NCBI GenBank assembly: GCA_964447765.1
Contig: CAYUTO010000001.1
Coordinates: 205,870 to 269,869 of the forward strand
Direction: 5' to 3'
Origin: an uncultured Gammaproteobacteria bacterium
GTDB lineage: Bacteria; Patescibacteriota; Patescibacteriia; Magasanikbacterales; UBA922
Length of the DNA: 64,000 nt
A model generated the notes under the pieces. That model ran no database searches. It was not told the DNA's origin and saw nothing but the letters and a program-made list of their open reading frames with translations. Every line of letters starts with the position of its first letter. The first letter of the stretch is position 1. Position numbers and translations under genes: made by a program. This document shows, in pieces, positions 9,603 to 18,052 of the stretch.

Positions 9603-9965
9603 TTAGATGTTCAAAAATACCACCAAAACACTCGAAATAGCAACAAACATATTCACGACAACCCCAATAGCGAGAAGGGTATACGAATAGAACCAACCCC
9701 TACGATAGAGCACCCACCCACCAAAAAAGTTCAGTATCAGAAGCACCAACCCTATAAGCGGAACATAGTAGACCTGCCCTGGCTCGCCTATCTGATCTAC
9801 GCCGAATAGTATGGTATAGTGAAGAAATACCTGCTCTGCGGTACGAGGGATCTGAAGAAGTAGCCAGACCCAAGAAAACACATTGAGCAGTGCACCTACG
9901 CCCATAAGTACAACAACAGGAATTTTCCTAAAATAGAGCTTGAGCGGGTATAGATGATATTCCAT
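9603..9965 (-). CDS. Hypothetical small membrane protein; start uncertain
   Basis: A hydrophobic ORF. The annotated start at 10031 would overlap the strong divergent rpmA promoter. The internal start MEYH at 9965 is therefore preferred. Confidence 0.4.
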   Translation of the reverse strand: MEYHLYPLKLYFRKIPVVVLMGVGALLNVFSWVWLLLQIPRTAEQVFLHYTILFGVDQIGEPGQVYYVPLIGLVLLILNFFGGWVLYRRGWFYSYTLLAIGVVVNMFVAISSVLVVFLNI

Positions 9966-9996
9966 ATGCCCTATAGTATACGTGGCGACGAGTGTC

Positions 9997-10025
9997 TTGA
10001 CAAGAAAGGGGCAATAGCGTATACT
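9997..10025 (+). promoter_or_regulatory. Sigma70 consensus-like promoter TTGACA-N17-TATACT for rpmA
   Basis: TTGACA lies at 9997-10002. After a 17 nt spacer, TATACT lies at 10020-10025. The rpmA ATG at 10079 is about 50 nt downstream. Confidence 0.6.
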
Positions 10026-10078
10026 CTCCAAGCGTATTACATTTTAAAAGAAGTTAAACCCCCTTATATTTTTGTCCT

Positions 10079-10435
10079 ATGGCAACCAAAAAGGCGGGTG
10101 GTGCAGTACGGCTTGGACGCGACTCCAATCCACAGTACCTTGGCGTGAAAGTTGGCGATGGCCAGATGGTTCACCCAGGTATGATACTCGTAAGACAACG
10201 AGGTACTCGCATACACCCCGGAAACAATGTCCGTCGTGCAGTCGATGATACTCTATTTGCAGTAGCATCTGGTGCAGTAAAATTTCAGACCAAAAAACGT
10301 ACTCGTTTTGACGGAAAACTCAAAACAGCAAAATACGTTCATGTGCGCGACGCTGAGGCACTCGCAGTAGCAAAAGTAAAAACAACTGCGCACGCAAAAG
10401 CAAAAGCGACAAAGAAGACAACGAAGAAGAAATAA
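10079..10435 (+). CDS. rpmA: 50S ribosomal protein L27 with an unusual Lys/Ala-rich C-terminal extension
   Basis: The sequence [51 protein letters not shown] matches the L27 signature. An extra tail of about 35 aa follows: [21 protein letters not shown]. Confidence 0.85.
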   Translation: MATKKAGGAVRLGRDSNPQYLGVKVGDGQMVHPGMILVRQRGTRIHPGNNVRRAVDDTLFAVASGAVKFQTKKRTRFDGKLKTAKYVHVRDAEALAVAKVKTTAHAKAKATKKTTKKK

Positions 10436-10438
10436 TGA

Positions 10439-10462
10439 AATCCCGCGAAAGCGGGGTTTTTG
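10439..10462 (+). terminator. Rho-independent terminator of rpmA
   Basis: The hairpin AATCCCGC GAAA GCGGGG is followed by TTTTTGTTT. Confidence 0.7.
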
Positions 10463-10497
10463 TTTAAACGATGATCAAGTGATATACTTTAGCACGT

Positions 10498-10556
10498 CAT
10501 TCCCGCGAACGCGGGAATCTAAAAATACAAATACAGGATCCCCGTTTTCACGGGGA
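10498..10556. repeat. Two further GC-rich palindromic hairpins related to the rpmA terminator stem: ATTCCCGCGAACGCGGGAAT and ATCCCCGTTTTCACGGGGAT
   Basis: Seen directly. All three hairpins share a (A)T(T)CCCGCG/CCCCG stem core. Confidence 0.5.
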
Positions 10557-10569
10557 TGACGGAAATCCT

Positions 10570-11379
10570 ATGATTCTTGAAGCCGCCAAACAAATTCTAC
10601 TCTCAACTGTAATCCAAATAGGAATCGTTTTTGGTTTATTCTTCGTTCTTGGATTTATTCATTCCATTATTTACAAACTAACGATTAGATATTTTTCTCG
10701 TGTATTTGGGTGGACTGGCATTATTGTAACAGGTGTTATCGGGACTCCCATTCACGAAATCTCACACTGGCTGATGGCAAAGATATTTCGCCACAAAGTA
10801 CACTCCGTGAGTCTCTTTAGTCCAGACAGAGATTCGGGAAAACTCGGACATGTAGAACATAGTTATGATCGGAGAAGCGCATTCCAAACTATGGGTAATT
10901 TTTTTATCGGATCCTCCCCTATTATTTTTTGTTCACTCGCGCTTATCACATTGCTCTATTTTTTCTTTCCCAATCCATCATCAATTATTAACCCTCTCAT
11001 TACTCTCCCTCATTCGATCCAGGAATTCTTGCACGCGTGGAGTACTTCATTTAGGAATGCATGGGCGCAGATTGATGTTACTAGTTGGAAATTTTGGGTA
11101 TTCTTTTTTCTCTCACTTTCAATTGCTCTCCACATGTCACCAAGTTCCTATGATCAAAAAACAATGTGGAAGGGTTTCTTCCACATTTCATTACTCATGC
11201 TCGTTGTAAATATTATTTTAACGATCGCACGAGTTCCCTATACTGAATTTCTACTTTCTCACGTTTCCCTATTATACACTTTTGCATGGGTATTGGTGTA
11301 TGCAATTTTTATCTCATTACTCTTTCTTATCTTATCCTTTACTCTTTCACTCTTAAGTAGAATCGTCTTCCGAAGATAG
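10570..11379 (+). CDS. Polytopic membrane protein with an HExxH motif (putative membrane-embedded zinc metalloprotease, DUF3267-like)
   Basis: The motif HEISHWLMAKIF lies between hydrophobic helices. There are at least six predicted transmembrane segments. Confidence 0.5.
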   Translation: MILEAAKQILLSTVIQIGIVFGLFFVLGFIHSIIYKLTIRYFSRVFGWTGIIVTGVIGTPIHEISHWLMAKIFRHKVHSVSLFSPDRDSGKLGHVEHSYDRRSAFQTMGNFFIGSSPIIFCSLALITLLYFFFPNPSSIINPLITLPHSIQEFLHAWSTSFRNAWAQIDVTSWKFWVFFFLSLSIALHMSPSSYDQKTMWKGFFHISLLMLVVNIILTIARVPYTEFLLSHVSLLYTFAWVLVYAIFISLLFLILSFTLSLLSRIVFRR

Positions 11380-11383
11380 AATA

Positions 11384-11911
11384 CTATTGATTCACGGTTA
11401 TTTTTCTATTGAGAGCTTTTTCATATCCTGACAAATTGGACGTATAGATGCGCATCACATATTCAGGAGTCACCACACCAACCACCGGAGCCTCAAAACT
11501 ACCCTGAACATCGATTACATACTCTCCTTTGGAATTCACCTTAGCAACAACACCTGAGAGCGTAATCTGAACGCTTGCAAATCCATCCTGGAGTGCCTGT
11601 TGCACCACACCCTCCCCATTAGGAAGCGCTCCGAGCAAAAAAACCGTATAAATCCGCGCATCAGGTTTTCTCCAAAACCTCTGACCCACAATAATTCTCT
11701 TGTTTGTAATTTTAATAGTAGCACGTATGATAACCGTTGTTCGGTTGCGGGTTCGATCAAATTGGATGCGCTTAGGATTTTCTTCAAACAACAATTCTTC
11801 TCCTTCATCGAGTGGCAACTGATTCAGTGTTTTTGTATTTCTAAACTTAATCGCGACTACCACCATAAATACAAAAAACAGAATTACAACTGCCCAAGAT
11901 AGACTTCCCAT
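11384..11911 (-). CDS. Hypothetical membrane-anchored protein (N-terminal transmembrane helix, possible bacterial PH-like domain)
   Basis: The N-terminal transmembrane segment reads SWAVVILFFVFMVVVAI. The remainder is soluble. No firm family assignment. Confidence 0.45.
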   Translation of the reverse strand: MGSLSWAVVILFFVFMVVVAIKFRNTKTLNQLPLDEGEELLFEENPKRIQFDRTRNRTTVIIRATIKITNKRIIVGQRFWRKPDARIYTVFLLGALPNGEGVVQQALQDGFASVQITLSGVVAKVNSKGEYVIDVQGSFEAPVVGVVTPEYVMRIYTSNLSGYEKALNRKITVNQ

Positions 11912-11920
11912 AGAATAAAA

Positions 11921-12301
11921 TTAAACAATTTTAAATGTCTGAATCATTGAGATAATACGAGCCCCTTCTCCCTCCACCACTTCTCCTTCGTATTCTCCAC
12001 CATGCGCAGAAGTGCCTTGGTAGCTCGGCTGTTTCTGATCCAGATGCAAATTCACCTGAAATCCTCCTTCATACTCCTCAATATACGCGTGAAACCTTGG
12101 GTAGAGTGTTCTTCCATTGATCATTCGCATGTAGCTGGTTTGACCCGTATTTCTCCCAACCATCTTCCCATACCCACATCGACGGAGGATGTATTCAGGA
12201 TTGTGTTTGTACTGTCCATCGCAGAAAATTTTCATAACATTGGTTACACTGAAATTAAATTCCGTTTCTATTCCGTCAGATTCGTTAAATCCGTGTTCCA
12301 T
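11921..12301 (-). CDS. Hypothetical protein (126 aa); the first five codons (MEHGF) lie inside the left arm of the TIR-like repeat
   Basis: An ORF with a Gly/Glu-rich C-terminus. The N-terminal DNA ATGGAACACGGATT is part of the inverted-repeat arm at 12258-12301. Confidence 0.4.
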   Translation of the reverse strand: MEHGFNESDGIETEFNFSVTNVMKIFCDGQYKHNPEYILRRCGYGKMVGRNTGQTSYMRMINGRTLYPRFHAYIEEYEGGFQVNLHLDQKQPSYQGTSAHGGEYEGEVVEGEGARIISMIQTFKIV

Positions 12302-12359
12302 TCAATATTCGCTTAATAGAACACGGATTGGACAGAATTGAACAAATTTAGACGGAATT
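12258..12359. repeat. Head-to-head inverted pair of the ~45 bp TIR-like repeat (consensus TTAATAGAACACGGATTGGAC(A/G)GAAT...GACGGAATT)
   Basis: The left arm at 12258-12301 is the reverse complement of the right arm at 12312-12359. The right arm is about 90% identical to the copy at 50294-50342. Confidence 0.6.
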
Positions 12360-12831
12360 AAATATGACATGATTCTTCCCCTCGTTTCATCAAATACTTC
12401 TGATGATAGTCTTCTGCTTTCCAGAAATTTTCAGCAGGAGTAACCTCAGTCACAATTGGACTTTTCCATTTACCAGAACTTTCTAACTCTTCTTTTGATT
12501 TTTCTGCAACTTCTTTTTGTTCGGGCGTATGATAAAAAATTGCTGAACGATATTGAGTACCAACATCCGGGCCTTGGCGGTTCAAAGTGGTAGGATTATG
12601 CGATTGCCAAAAAATATTCAATAATTCTTCGTACGAAATTTTATCAGGATCATAGGTGAGCTGTAGTACTTCTGCATGTCCGGTTCGAGATGAGCACACT
12701 TCCTCATACATAGGACGTTCAGACTGACCTCCCATATATCCGACTGCAGTTTCAATCACTCCGGGTAGTTTTCGAAATGTTTCCTCTACTCCCCAAAAGC
12801 ATCCTGCGCCAAATGTTGCTTGTTGCGTCAT
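12358..12831 (-). CDS. msrA: Peptide methionine sulfoxide reductase MsrA
   Basis: The active-site motif [10 protein letters not shown] is near the N-terminus. Length is 157 aa. Confidence 0.9.
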   Translation of the reverse strand: MTQQATFGAGCFWGVEETFRKLPGVIETAVGYMGGQSERPMYEEVCSSRTGHAEVLQLTYDPDKISYEELLNIFWQSHNPTTLNRQGPDVGTQYRSAIFYHTPEQKEVAEKSKEELESSGKWKSPIVTEVTPAENFWKAEDYHQKYLMKRGEESCHI

Positions 12832-12834
12832 AAA

Positions 12835-13221
12835 TTACTTATACCACTCACCCAGCCATTTTTTCATTTGTTCAATTTCTTTGGTCTGAGCCTTGATGAT
12901 CGCTCCCGACAAAGTTCGAAGCTCCCGATGCTCTGAATTCTTCACTAACTCTGCCATTTCGATTGCACCTTCATGATGTACAATCATTTCTTCTAAGAAA
13001 GCTTTATCGAGTTCATCGCCTGTTTTTCCTTCAAGACCTGAAGTCATTGCATCCATAGCGTGGTGCATATCATCTTCTTCTACTACAGGGGTCACCGTGC
13101 TTATTGCGGTTTGTTCTGGAGCATATTTTTCAGCTACAAGCATAGCCCCACCAATTCCTCCTACCAAAAAGCTTAATACAATGGTTACCACAAACATGGT
13201 TATATCTTTCATACAGTTCAT
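12835..13221 (-). CDS. DUF305 family protein (membrane-anchored, four-helix metal-binding-like)
   Basis: An N-terminal transmembrane segment plus the sequence LEEMIVHHEGAIEMAELV, typical of DUF305 (MIxHHxGAIxMA). Confidence 0.7.
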   Translation of the reverse strand: MNCMKDITMFVVTIVLSFLVGGIGGAMLVAEKYAPEQTAISTVTPVVEEDDMHHAMDAMTSGLEGKTGDELDKAFLEEMIVHHEGAIEMAELVKNSEHRELRTLSGAIIKAQTKEIEQMKKWLGEWYK

Positions 13222-13252
13222 TTAATGAATTAGGTCGATTTGAGTATAAAAC

Positions 13253-13281
13253 AAAAGCTGACGTTGTGCAACGCCAGCTTT
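13253..13281 (-). terminator. Hairpin plus T-run terminator downstream of the DUF378 gene (minus strand)
   Basis: Minus-strand reading: AAAGCTGGCGTTGCACAACGTCAGCTTTTGTTTTAT. Confidence 0.5.
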
Positions 13282-13301
13282 ATACTATCGAATAAACAAA
13301 A

Positions 13302-13517
13302 TTACATCTTTGGAGTGGAGCAAGCTCGGCAATCTTTCTTATGAGTAAAGAGAAGAACGAGAGCTGAAAGACCAACCAAAACGTAAACGATGCGTGAGAA
13401 TGTTGCGTCCATACCGCCAAACCATTGACCGATATCCCAACCAAAAAGTCCAACGAGCAACCAATTCAACCCGCCGACTACGACGAGTACAAACGCGATA
13501 CAATGTAATGCTTTCAT
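13302..13517 (-). CDS. DUF378 family small membrane protein
   Basis: The sequence MKALHCIAFVLVVVGGLNWLLVGLFGWD matches the DUF378 signature GGLNWGLVGLF. Confidence 0.7.
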   Translation of the reverse strand: MKALHCIAFVLVVVGGLNWLLVGLFGWDIGQWFGGMDATFSRIVYVLVGLSALVLLFTHKKDCRACSTPKM

Positions 13518-13652
13518 GTGTGTTCACCTCCTGTCATACTTTAGAAAAGTGACTGAGTTAACGACACGTGATTAGTATACACTTAATTCATCTCTTTTAA
13601 CAATGATAGAGAGAAATTATCCACCTTCGGATAGAACGACGAACGATATACG

Positions 13653-13696
13653 TAACACGACTCAAGAAAAATTTTGTGTCGTGTTCCATGAGTCGT
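13653..13696. repeat. Intergenic palindromic motif pair ACACGACTCA ... TGTGTCGTGTTCCATGAGTCGT; shared with the locus at 40407-40465
   Basis: The 16-mer TGTGTCGTGTTCCATG is identical at both loci. ACGACTCATGGAACA occurs in inverted orientation at both. Each motif lies 14-36 nt downstream of the stop of a minus-strand gene. Confidence 0.55.
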
Positions 13697-13709
13697 AGGT
13701 CATTTGAAA

Positions 13710-14309
13710 TTATTTCAATTTTAATAAATTATACACAAACGACACCATCGGATCAGCCTCTGGTCCATAGACCATTCCACCACCAAGAGCACCAGTGATC
13801 GTGATACAAATCAATCCTGCGAGAGCACCAATGATAACGACTGGGCGAAGTTTGACCACTTTTGAAATTCGCTCTAATATTTTCCAGATCACATACATCC
13901 ATTCACGTTTGCTCACAAACCGAGTCACGGCAACAGTTGAAGCAACAACTACTTCAGCTCCCGCAAGGATCATAAAGATTATTTTGGTAATCATTGCCAT
14001 GAGTTCATGCATGGCGAGTGCTGTACCTGGTGTAATATTCTCTCCCCCACGTGCTTCACCCGTAGTCTCGGCGACAATAATTGCCAGTGTTCCGAAGAAT
14101 AACAATATGCGCTTGGCAAAAATCCACTTCGGATCAGTCCAGGTAATTCTGAATGGGATTAATTCCAATACTGCATAGAGTGTCAAAAGCCCGATCGGGA
14201 AATGAACGATGACGGGATGGAGTTGAGCCAAAAGAGTTTGGAGAGACATAGATATTTTTACAAGTAATAAATATACAATACACATGGATAAAGATACAAA
14301 AATACCCAT
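13710..14309 (-). CDS. Hypothetical polytopic membrane protein
   Basis: A hydrophobic ORF of 199 aa. No family was recognised. Confidence 0.5.
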   Translation of the reverse strand: MGIFVSLSMCIVYLLLVKISMSLQTLLAQLHPVIVHFPIGLLTLYAVLELIPFRITWTDPKWIFAKRILLFFGTLAIIVAETTGEARGGENITPGTALAMHELMAMITKIIFMILAGAEVVVASTVAVTRFVSKREWMYVIWKILERISKVVKLRPVVIIGALAGLICITITGALGGGMVYGPEADPMVSFVYNLLKLK

Positions 14310-14421
14310 TTACACGAGTCATGTATATTGTATCTTGTTTAGACTTCGTCAAATTTTTGTGTACTTGGTTTGTATTTTAACACAAACACGAGCCAGCTGA
14401 TACACTTTCAGAAATGTGTGG

Positions 14422-14955
14422 TCAAAACTTCCTACTATCATAAGCCCAATGCAATACCGCTTGTCTCTGACGTGGTCGACAGGTCGTATCCCCTGCTTCA
14501 CAACTTTTTTTGATTTGCGTGATATGACGTCGCATTGCCCACCACCGTGCAATCTGGCGCTTATCTTCTTTTGGAATTCGTCGGCCCAGATAATATCTAC
14601 AATACCATTGGAACCATCCATGCGGATCGTCGCTATATATCCAGCCTTTTTCCTGCCAGATTTTCAATGACTGGCTCGCGTCCACTTTGAAATAATTATA
14701 TTGTTTGTGTTTGGTATTATCAGGCGACAACTTCACCCCAGCAAACCACGATTTTGGAAGGTCTTTTGGAATTCCTTTATCCACTCCAATAAAATATGCG
14801 CCACCAAAAATTCCAACCGTAAGCATTTCTTTCGGTGTTAGGTCTGGACGAAACAGTGGGTCAAAATTTTTACCCTCTAGTTCCGTTAAAGTGTACTGAT
14901 ATTTTTTCTGAAAATTATCAGAGTAAACAATTTTTTTCACCGTACGACGCGACAT
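14422..14955 (-). CDS. Conserved hypothetical protein (177 aa; GWFQWYCRYYLGRR motif)
   Basis: A clean ORF with a Cys/Trp-rich C-terminal motif. No family was recognised. Confidence 0.5.
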   Translation of the reverse strand: MSRRTVKKIVYSDNFQKKYQYTLTELEGKNFDPLFRPDLTPKEMLTVGIFGGAYFIGVDKGIPKDLPKSWFAGVKLSPDNTKHKQYNYFKVDASQSLKIWQEKGWIYSDDPHGWFQWYCRYYLGRRIPKEDKRQIARWWAMRRHITQIKKSCEAGDTTCRPRQRQAVLHWAYDSRKF

Positions 14956-14958
14956 ACA

Positions 14959-15435
14959 TTATCGATTGAGATACCAGATTGCACCATTCAATACACTAGC
15001 AAATGATGCCCAGAGTAGATATGGAATGAGTAGATATCCTGCAACTTTTTTCTGACGATAAAATACTATAATAGTTAGTACAATTGCGAGCCACATCGCG
15101 ATAATCACTCCGAATGCGAAACCGAGTGCATGCATACCAAAAAATATTGGTGTCCAAATTGCATTGAGAAATAACTGAACAAAAAATATGGTAATCGCTC
15201 CCTGCCATTCTTTATTTCTTTTTTTCTGTTCCCACACCAGAAACAACGAGATTCCCATGAGCGCATAGAGTATTGTCCAGACGGGACCAAAGAGCCAATT
15301 GGGTGGCGAAAATGACGGACGGATAAGTTCAGTCAAGTACCAGGTTTGAATTTGTGAGGCAGTAAAAAAAGTTCCCAGAATTCCTGCCGCTTCACAGAGC
15401 AGAATTGCGCCAATACACCGAAGTGCCTTATTCAT
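14959..15435 (-). CDS. tspO: TspO/MBR family tryptophan-rich sensory protein
   Basis: The sequence WYLTELIRPSFSPPNWLFGPVWTILYALMG matches the TspO signature WYxxLxKPxxxPPxWxFGPVWTxLY. There are five transmembrane helices. Confidence 0.8.
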   Translation of the reverse strand: MNKALRCIGAILLCEAAGILGTFFTASQIQTWYLTELIRPSFSPPNWLFGPVWTILYALMGISLFLVWEQKKRNKEWQGAITIFFVQLFLNAIWTPIFFGMHALGFAFGVIIAMWLAIVLTIIVFYRQKKVAGYLLIPYLLWASFASVLNGAIWYLNR

Positions 15436-15469
15436 AAATAATAAATGTAGTAGAAGAAAACCCTCTATC

Positions 15470-16183
15470 TTATTGGTTATACTCGACGGTAGCCATCATG
15501 GATCTAAAAAACATACCGATATTGAACGCCTTATGTTCTTCTTCGCACGCAACATTCTCAGAACTACTGAGACTTGTACATGATGAGTGTTGAAGGCCAA
15601 AGATAAACTGAAGGCTTTTTTCACCAAATACGCTGGTAAAAGTGTAGTTGAGAGTGGTACTTCCTGCAGTATCTTTACTCTGCGTCGTTATACAATATTC
15701 TTGCCCAGCAATTACTTTTTTTTCTGTTTTCCCTGTAGGACTTGCTTCAGTGCCTTTCACAACACAGCTATACGGAGTATGCACCAATGTTACGACCGGT
15801 GGCCATTTTGCGGTATGAATATACGTGGTAAAAAGTTTTTCTGGATAGCTAAATATAATTTCTTTGGTAGAATCAACTCCTCGTTTCCACGTAGACACTT
15901 CACCTATATAGAGAGCCATATCAGGACATTCCCCATTAGCACATGCTTCCGCCCAATGTGGTTCACCTTCATCGGAACATGCTGCAAATTCGCATTGAGG
16001 ACCACTGCGTCCGACATATGATCCATCAGGACATAATTTTGCATCTGCTGTACACATCACTGATTTGCCATCACTAATTCTGCCTCCGGTGTTTTTTTCA
16101 GTTAGGCTTTTGTACCAGAGAAACCCGGTAAAACAAAGTATGACTGCAATAACAATAATAAGAGGTAGAGATGTTCTATTCAT
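15470..16183 (-). CDS. Secreted or membrane-anchored Cys-rich protein, paralog 1 of a tandem pair
   Basis: An N-terminal transmembrane or signal segment is followed by the motif C-x-DAK-C-PDGSYVGR-GP-CEF-AC, shared with the adjacent gene. Confidence 0.6.
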   Translation of the reverse strand: MNRTSLPLIIVIAVILCFTGFLWYKSLTEKNTGGRISDGKSVMCTADAKLCPDGSYVGRSGPQCEFAACSDEGEPHWAEACANGECPDMALYIGEVSTWKRGVDSTKEIIFSYPEKLFTTYIHTAKWPPVVTLVHTPYSCVVKGTEASPTGKTEKKVIAGQEYCITTQSKDTAGSTTLNYTFTSVFGEKSLQFIFGLQHSSCTSLSSSENVACEEEHKAFNIGMFFRSMMATVEYNQ

Positions 16184-16194
16184 ACCATAATCAT

Positions 16195-16896
16195 TTAGTT
16201 CCCCTGCATATCAAGCGTGAACTCACTCCAATTATAGGCAGCGAACATCTGGCTGACGAAACTATCAATACTAAATATTGCACGTTCAGCTTCACATGCT
16301 TTTTTCTCTGTTTCATCATAATTCGCGCATTGTGTGTATTGAACGGCAAAATCAAATATAACCGTACCGCTATTATGTGCTACCGTATAGTTGTAGGTGT
16401 TGTAACTACTTCCTGCAGCACCCTCGGTTTGTGTAGTTACACAATATTCGTATCTACCTACTACATGCTTTTCTGTTTTTGCAGAAACAACCATACTCTC
16501 GTCGCTTCCCGCAAGATTACACGAGTATGGAGTCGTAGAAGCGATGGTAATTTTTGCATTAGTACCAAGCACATGCATGTACTTTGTCGTCAGTTTATCG
16601 ATATTCAAAAATGTTTGAGCTTGTTTGTCACCGATATAGAGACTCCACTGTATTTTATTTTCCCCTCCTGATGACATTGGGCATGCTTCGAATTCACAGC
16701 TAGGCCCAGTGCGGCCCACATATGATCCATCGGGACATACTTTTGCGTCCATAGTACATGCGACAGGTTCGGTTGACGTCGGACTTACGACGATGACGGT
16801 CGGAGGTGTTGATGGTCCATAGAGGACTTTGTCGTAGACGATATAGCCGAGTGCTCCGACGAGAGCGAGAATAATGACGATGAGTAAGGCTTTCAT
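16195..16896 (-). CDS. Secreted or membrane-anchored Cys-rich protein, paralog 2 of the tandem pair
   Basis: Same architecture and the same six-cysteine motif (CTMDAKVCPDGSYVGRTGPSCEFEAC) as the 15470-16183 gene. Confidence 0.6.
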   Translation of the reverse strand: MKALLIVIILALVGALGYIVYDKVLYGPSTPPTVIVVSPTSTEPVACTMDAKVCPDGSYVGRTGPSCEFEACPMSSGGENKIQWSLYIGDKQAQTFLNIDKLTTKYMHVLGTNAKITIASTTPYSCNLAGSDESMVVSAKTEKHVVGRYEYCVTTQTEGAAGSSYNTYNYTVAHNSGTVIFDFAVQYTQCANYDETEKKACEAERAIFSIDSFVSQMFAAYNWSEFTLDMQGN

Positions 16897-17009
16897 ACTG
16901 CAAGTGGGTTAGTGATTGAAATGGCTGAATCTCTGCTTTTGCAGTGATGACAGTTTTTTATGTGTTCACTGTAGCACACCACACCTTTATTGTCATTTTA
17001 CCCTCTCTT

Positions 17010-17129
17010 TGTGTCATTCCGAGCGACTGAGTCTTCGAGGGAATCGAGGAATCCCTTTCATTACGCAAACACGCGCTAAACAAGGGATCCTTCGACTCGT
17101 CGGATGCACTCCTCGCTCAGGATGACACA
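17010..17129. repeat. GC-rich imperfect hairpin of about 120 nt (outer arms TGTGTCATTCCGAGCGAC / TCGCTCAGGATGACACA)
   Basis: Seen directly. It lies between the paralog-2 start and the arfB stop. Local GC content is clearly above background. No flanking T-run is present. Confidence 0.5.
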
Positions 17130-17134
17130 ATACC

Positions 17135-17536
17135 CTATTCATCATCCATCATTCTCCGTCCCCGCTTCTTTTCTCCGGTGATTTTCTTTGCTGTAAGCCG
17201 TCGCTCTTTTGAAGCATATGTCCGCTTGGTCGGACGGCGGATTTTCATCGGACGAAGTGCGACGCCCACGAGCGCATGCAATTTTTCGATTGCCACCTGC
17301 CTATTCTGCGACTGTGATCGCTCTTCCGAAGCATCGACCATAAGTTCATCATCCTGATTGATACGATTCTCAAGCTGGGTTCGTACTGCTTCTTTTTCTT
17401 CGTAGGTAAGCACGCTCGAAGCTCCGATATTCCATCGGAGCTGAACTTTGGTCTCAACCTTGTTGACATTCTGCCCACCCGGACCGCCGGAGCGCGCAGT
17501 ATCGATCGTGAATTCTGATTCGGGGATTCGAAGCAT
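17135..17536 (-). CDS. arfB: Alternative ribosome-rescue factor ArfB (peptidyl-tRNA hydrolase, RF-1 GGQ domain)
   Basis: The GGQ motif SGGPGGQNVNKVETKV is present, followed by a basic C-terminal tail. Length is 133 aa. Confidence 0.85.
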   Translation of the reverse strand: MLRIPESEFTIDTARSGGPGGQNVNKVETKVQLRWNIGASSVLTYEEKEAVRTQLENRINQDDELMVDASEERSQSQNRQVAIEKLHALVGVALRPMKIRRPTKRTYASKERRLTAKKITGEKKRGRRMMDDE

Positions 17537-17539
17537 AGA

Positions 17540-18004
17540 TTATTTCTCCGACATTTCTTTCAAGAGTACGAGTGCTTTTGGCCACGTGTCATTAAAAAAC
17601 TCTTCGTATTCTTCAATAGTATCCACGTCCACCATTACCTGCGTGCCTCCATCTTTTTGCACAAAGGTATAATTCTCGAATGCAGGGGTCCATTGCTTTG
17701 CCTGTTCGCTCTCAGTATCTACTTCACCCTTATCATTCACCACACCGATATGCTCGATTGAAATAAATTCATGTTTTCTATTCTCAGCAACACGAGATGC
17801 CATACCGCCTTTGTTACCATCATCATCGACGCCGATAAATTTGAGATCAGATCCTTTTTCCCAACTTCCCTCATACCATGATTCGGTTTTGGTACCAGGA
17901 CTAAAAGGCTTGGTCCATTTCATGTAGGTTTCTTTCTCCAGCATGGTATTCCATACTTTTTCTACAGGTACTGCAATAAAGATTTCGTGATGCAATGTTT
18001 TCAT
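17540..18004 (-). CDS. SRPBCC superfamily protein (Activator of Hsp90 ATPase homolog 1-like)
   Basis: A 154 aa protein with an N-terminal helix reading EKVWNTMLEKETYMKW and the sheet pattern typical of AHSA1/START-like proteins. Confidence 0.6.
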   Translation of the reverse strand: MKTLHHEIFIAVPVEKVWNTMLEKETYMKWTKPFSPGTKTESWYEGSWEKGSDLKFIGVDDDGNKGGMASRVAENRKHEFISIEHIGVVNDKGEVDTESEQAKQWTPAFENYTFVQKDGGTQVMVDVDTIEEYEEFFNDTWPKALVLLKEMSEK

Positions 18005-18052
18005 ATGATTATAGTTAAAAATAAGAGCTTAGTTAATTTTTTGGGATATTAT

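Noticed and set aside
9603-10031. Full-length 142 aa version of the membrane ORF starting at 10031
   Set aside because: It would overlap the strong divergent rpmA promoter at 9997-10025. An internal start at 9965 was preferred, though the gene itself remains low-confidence.
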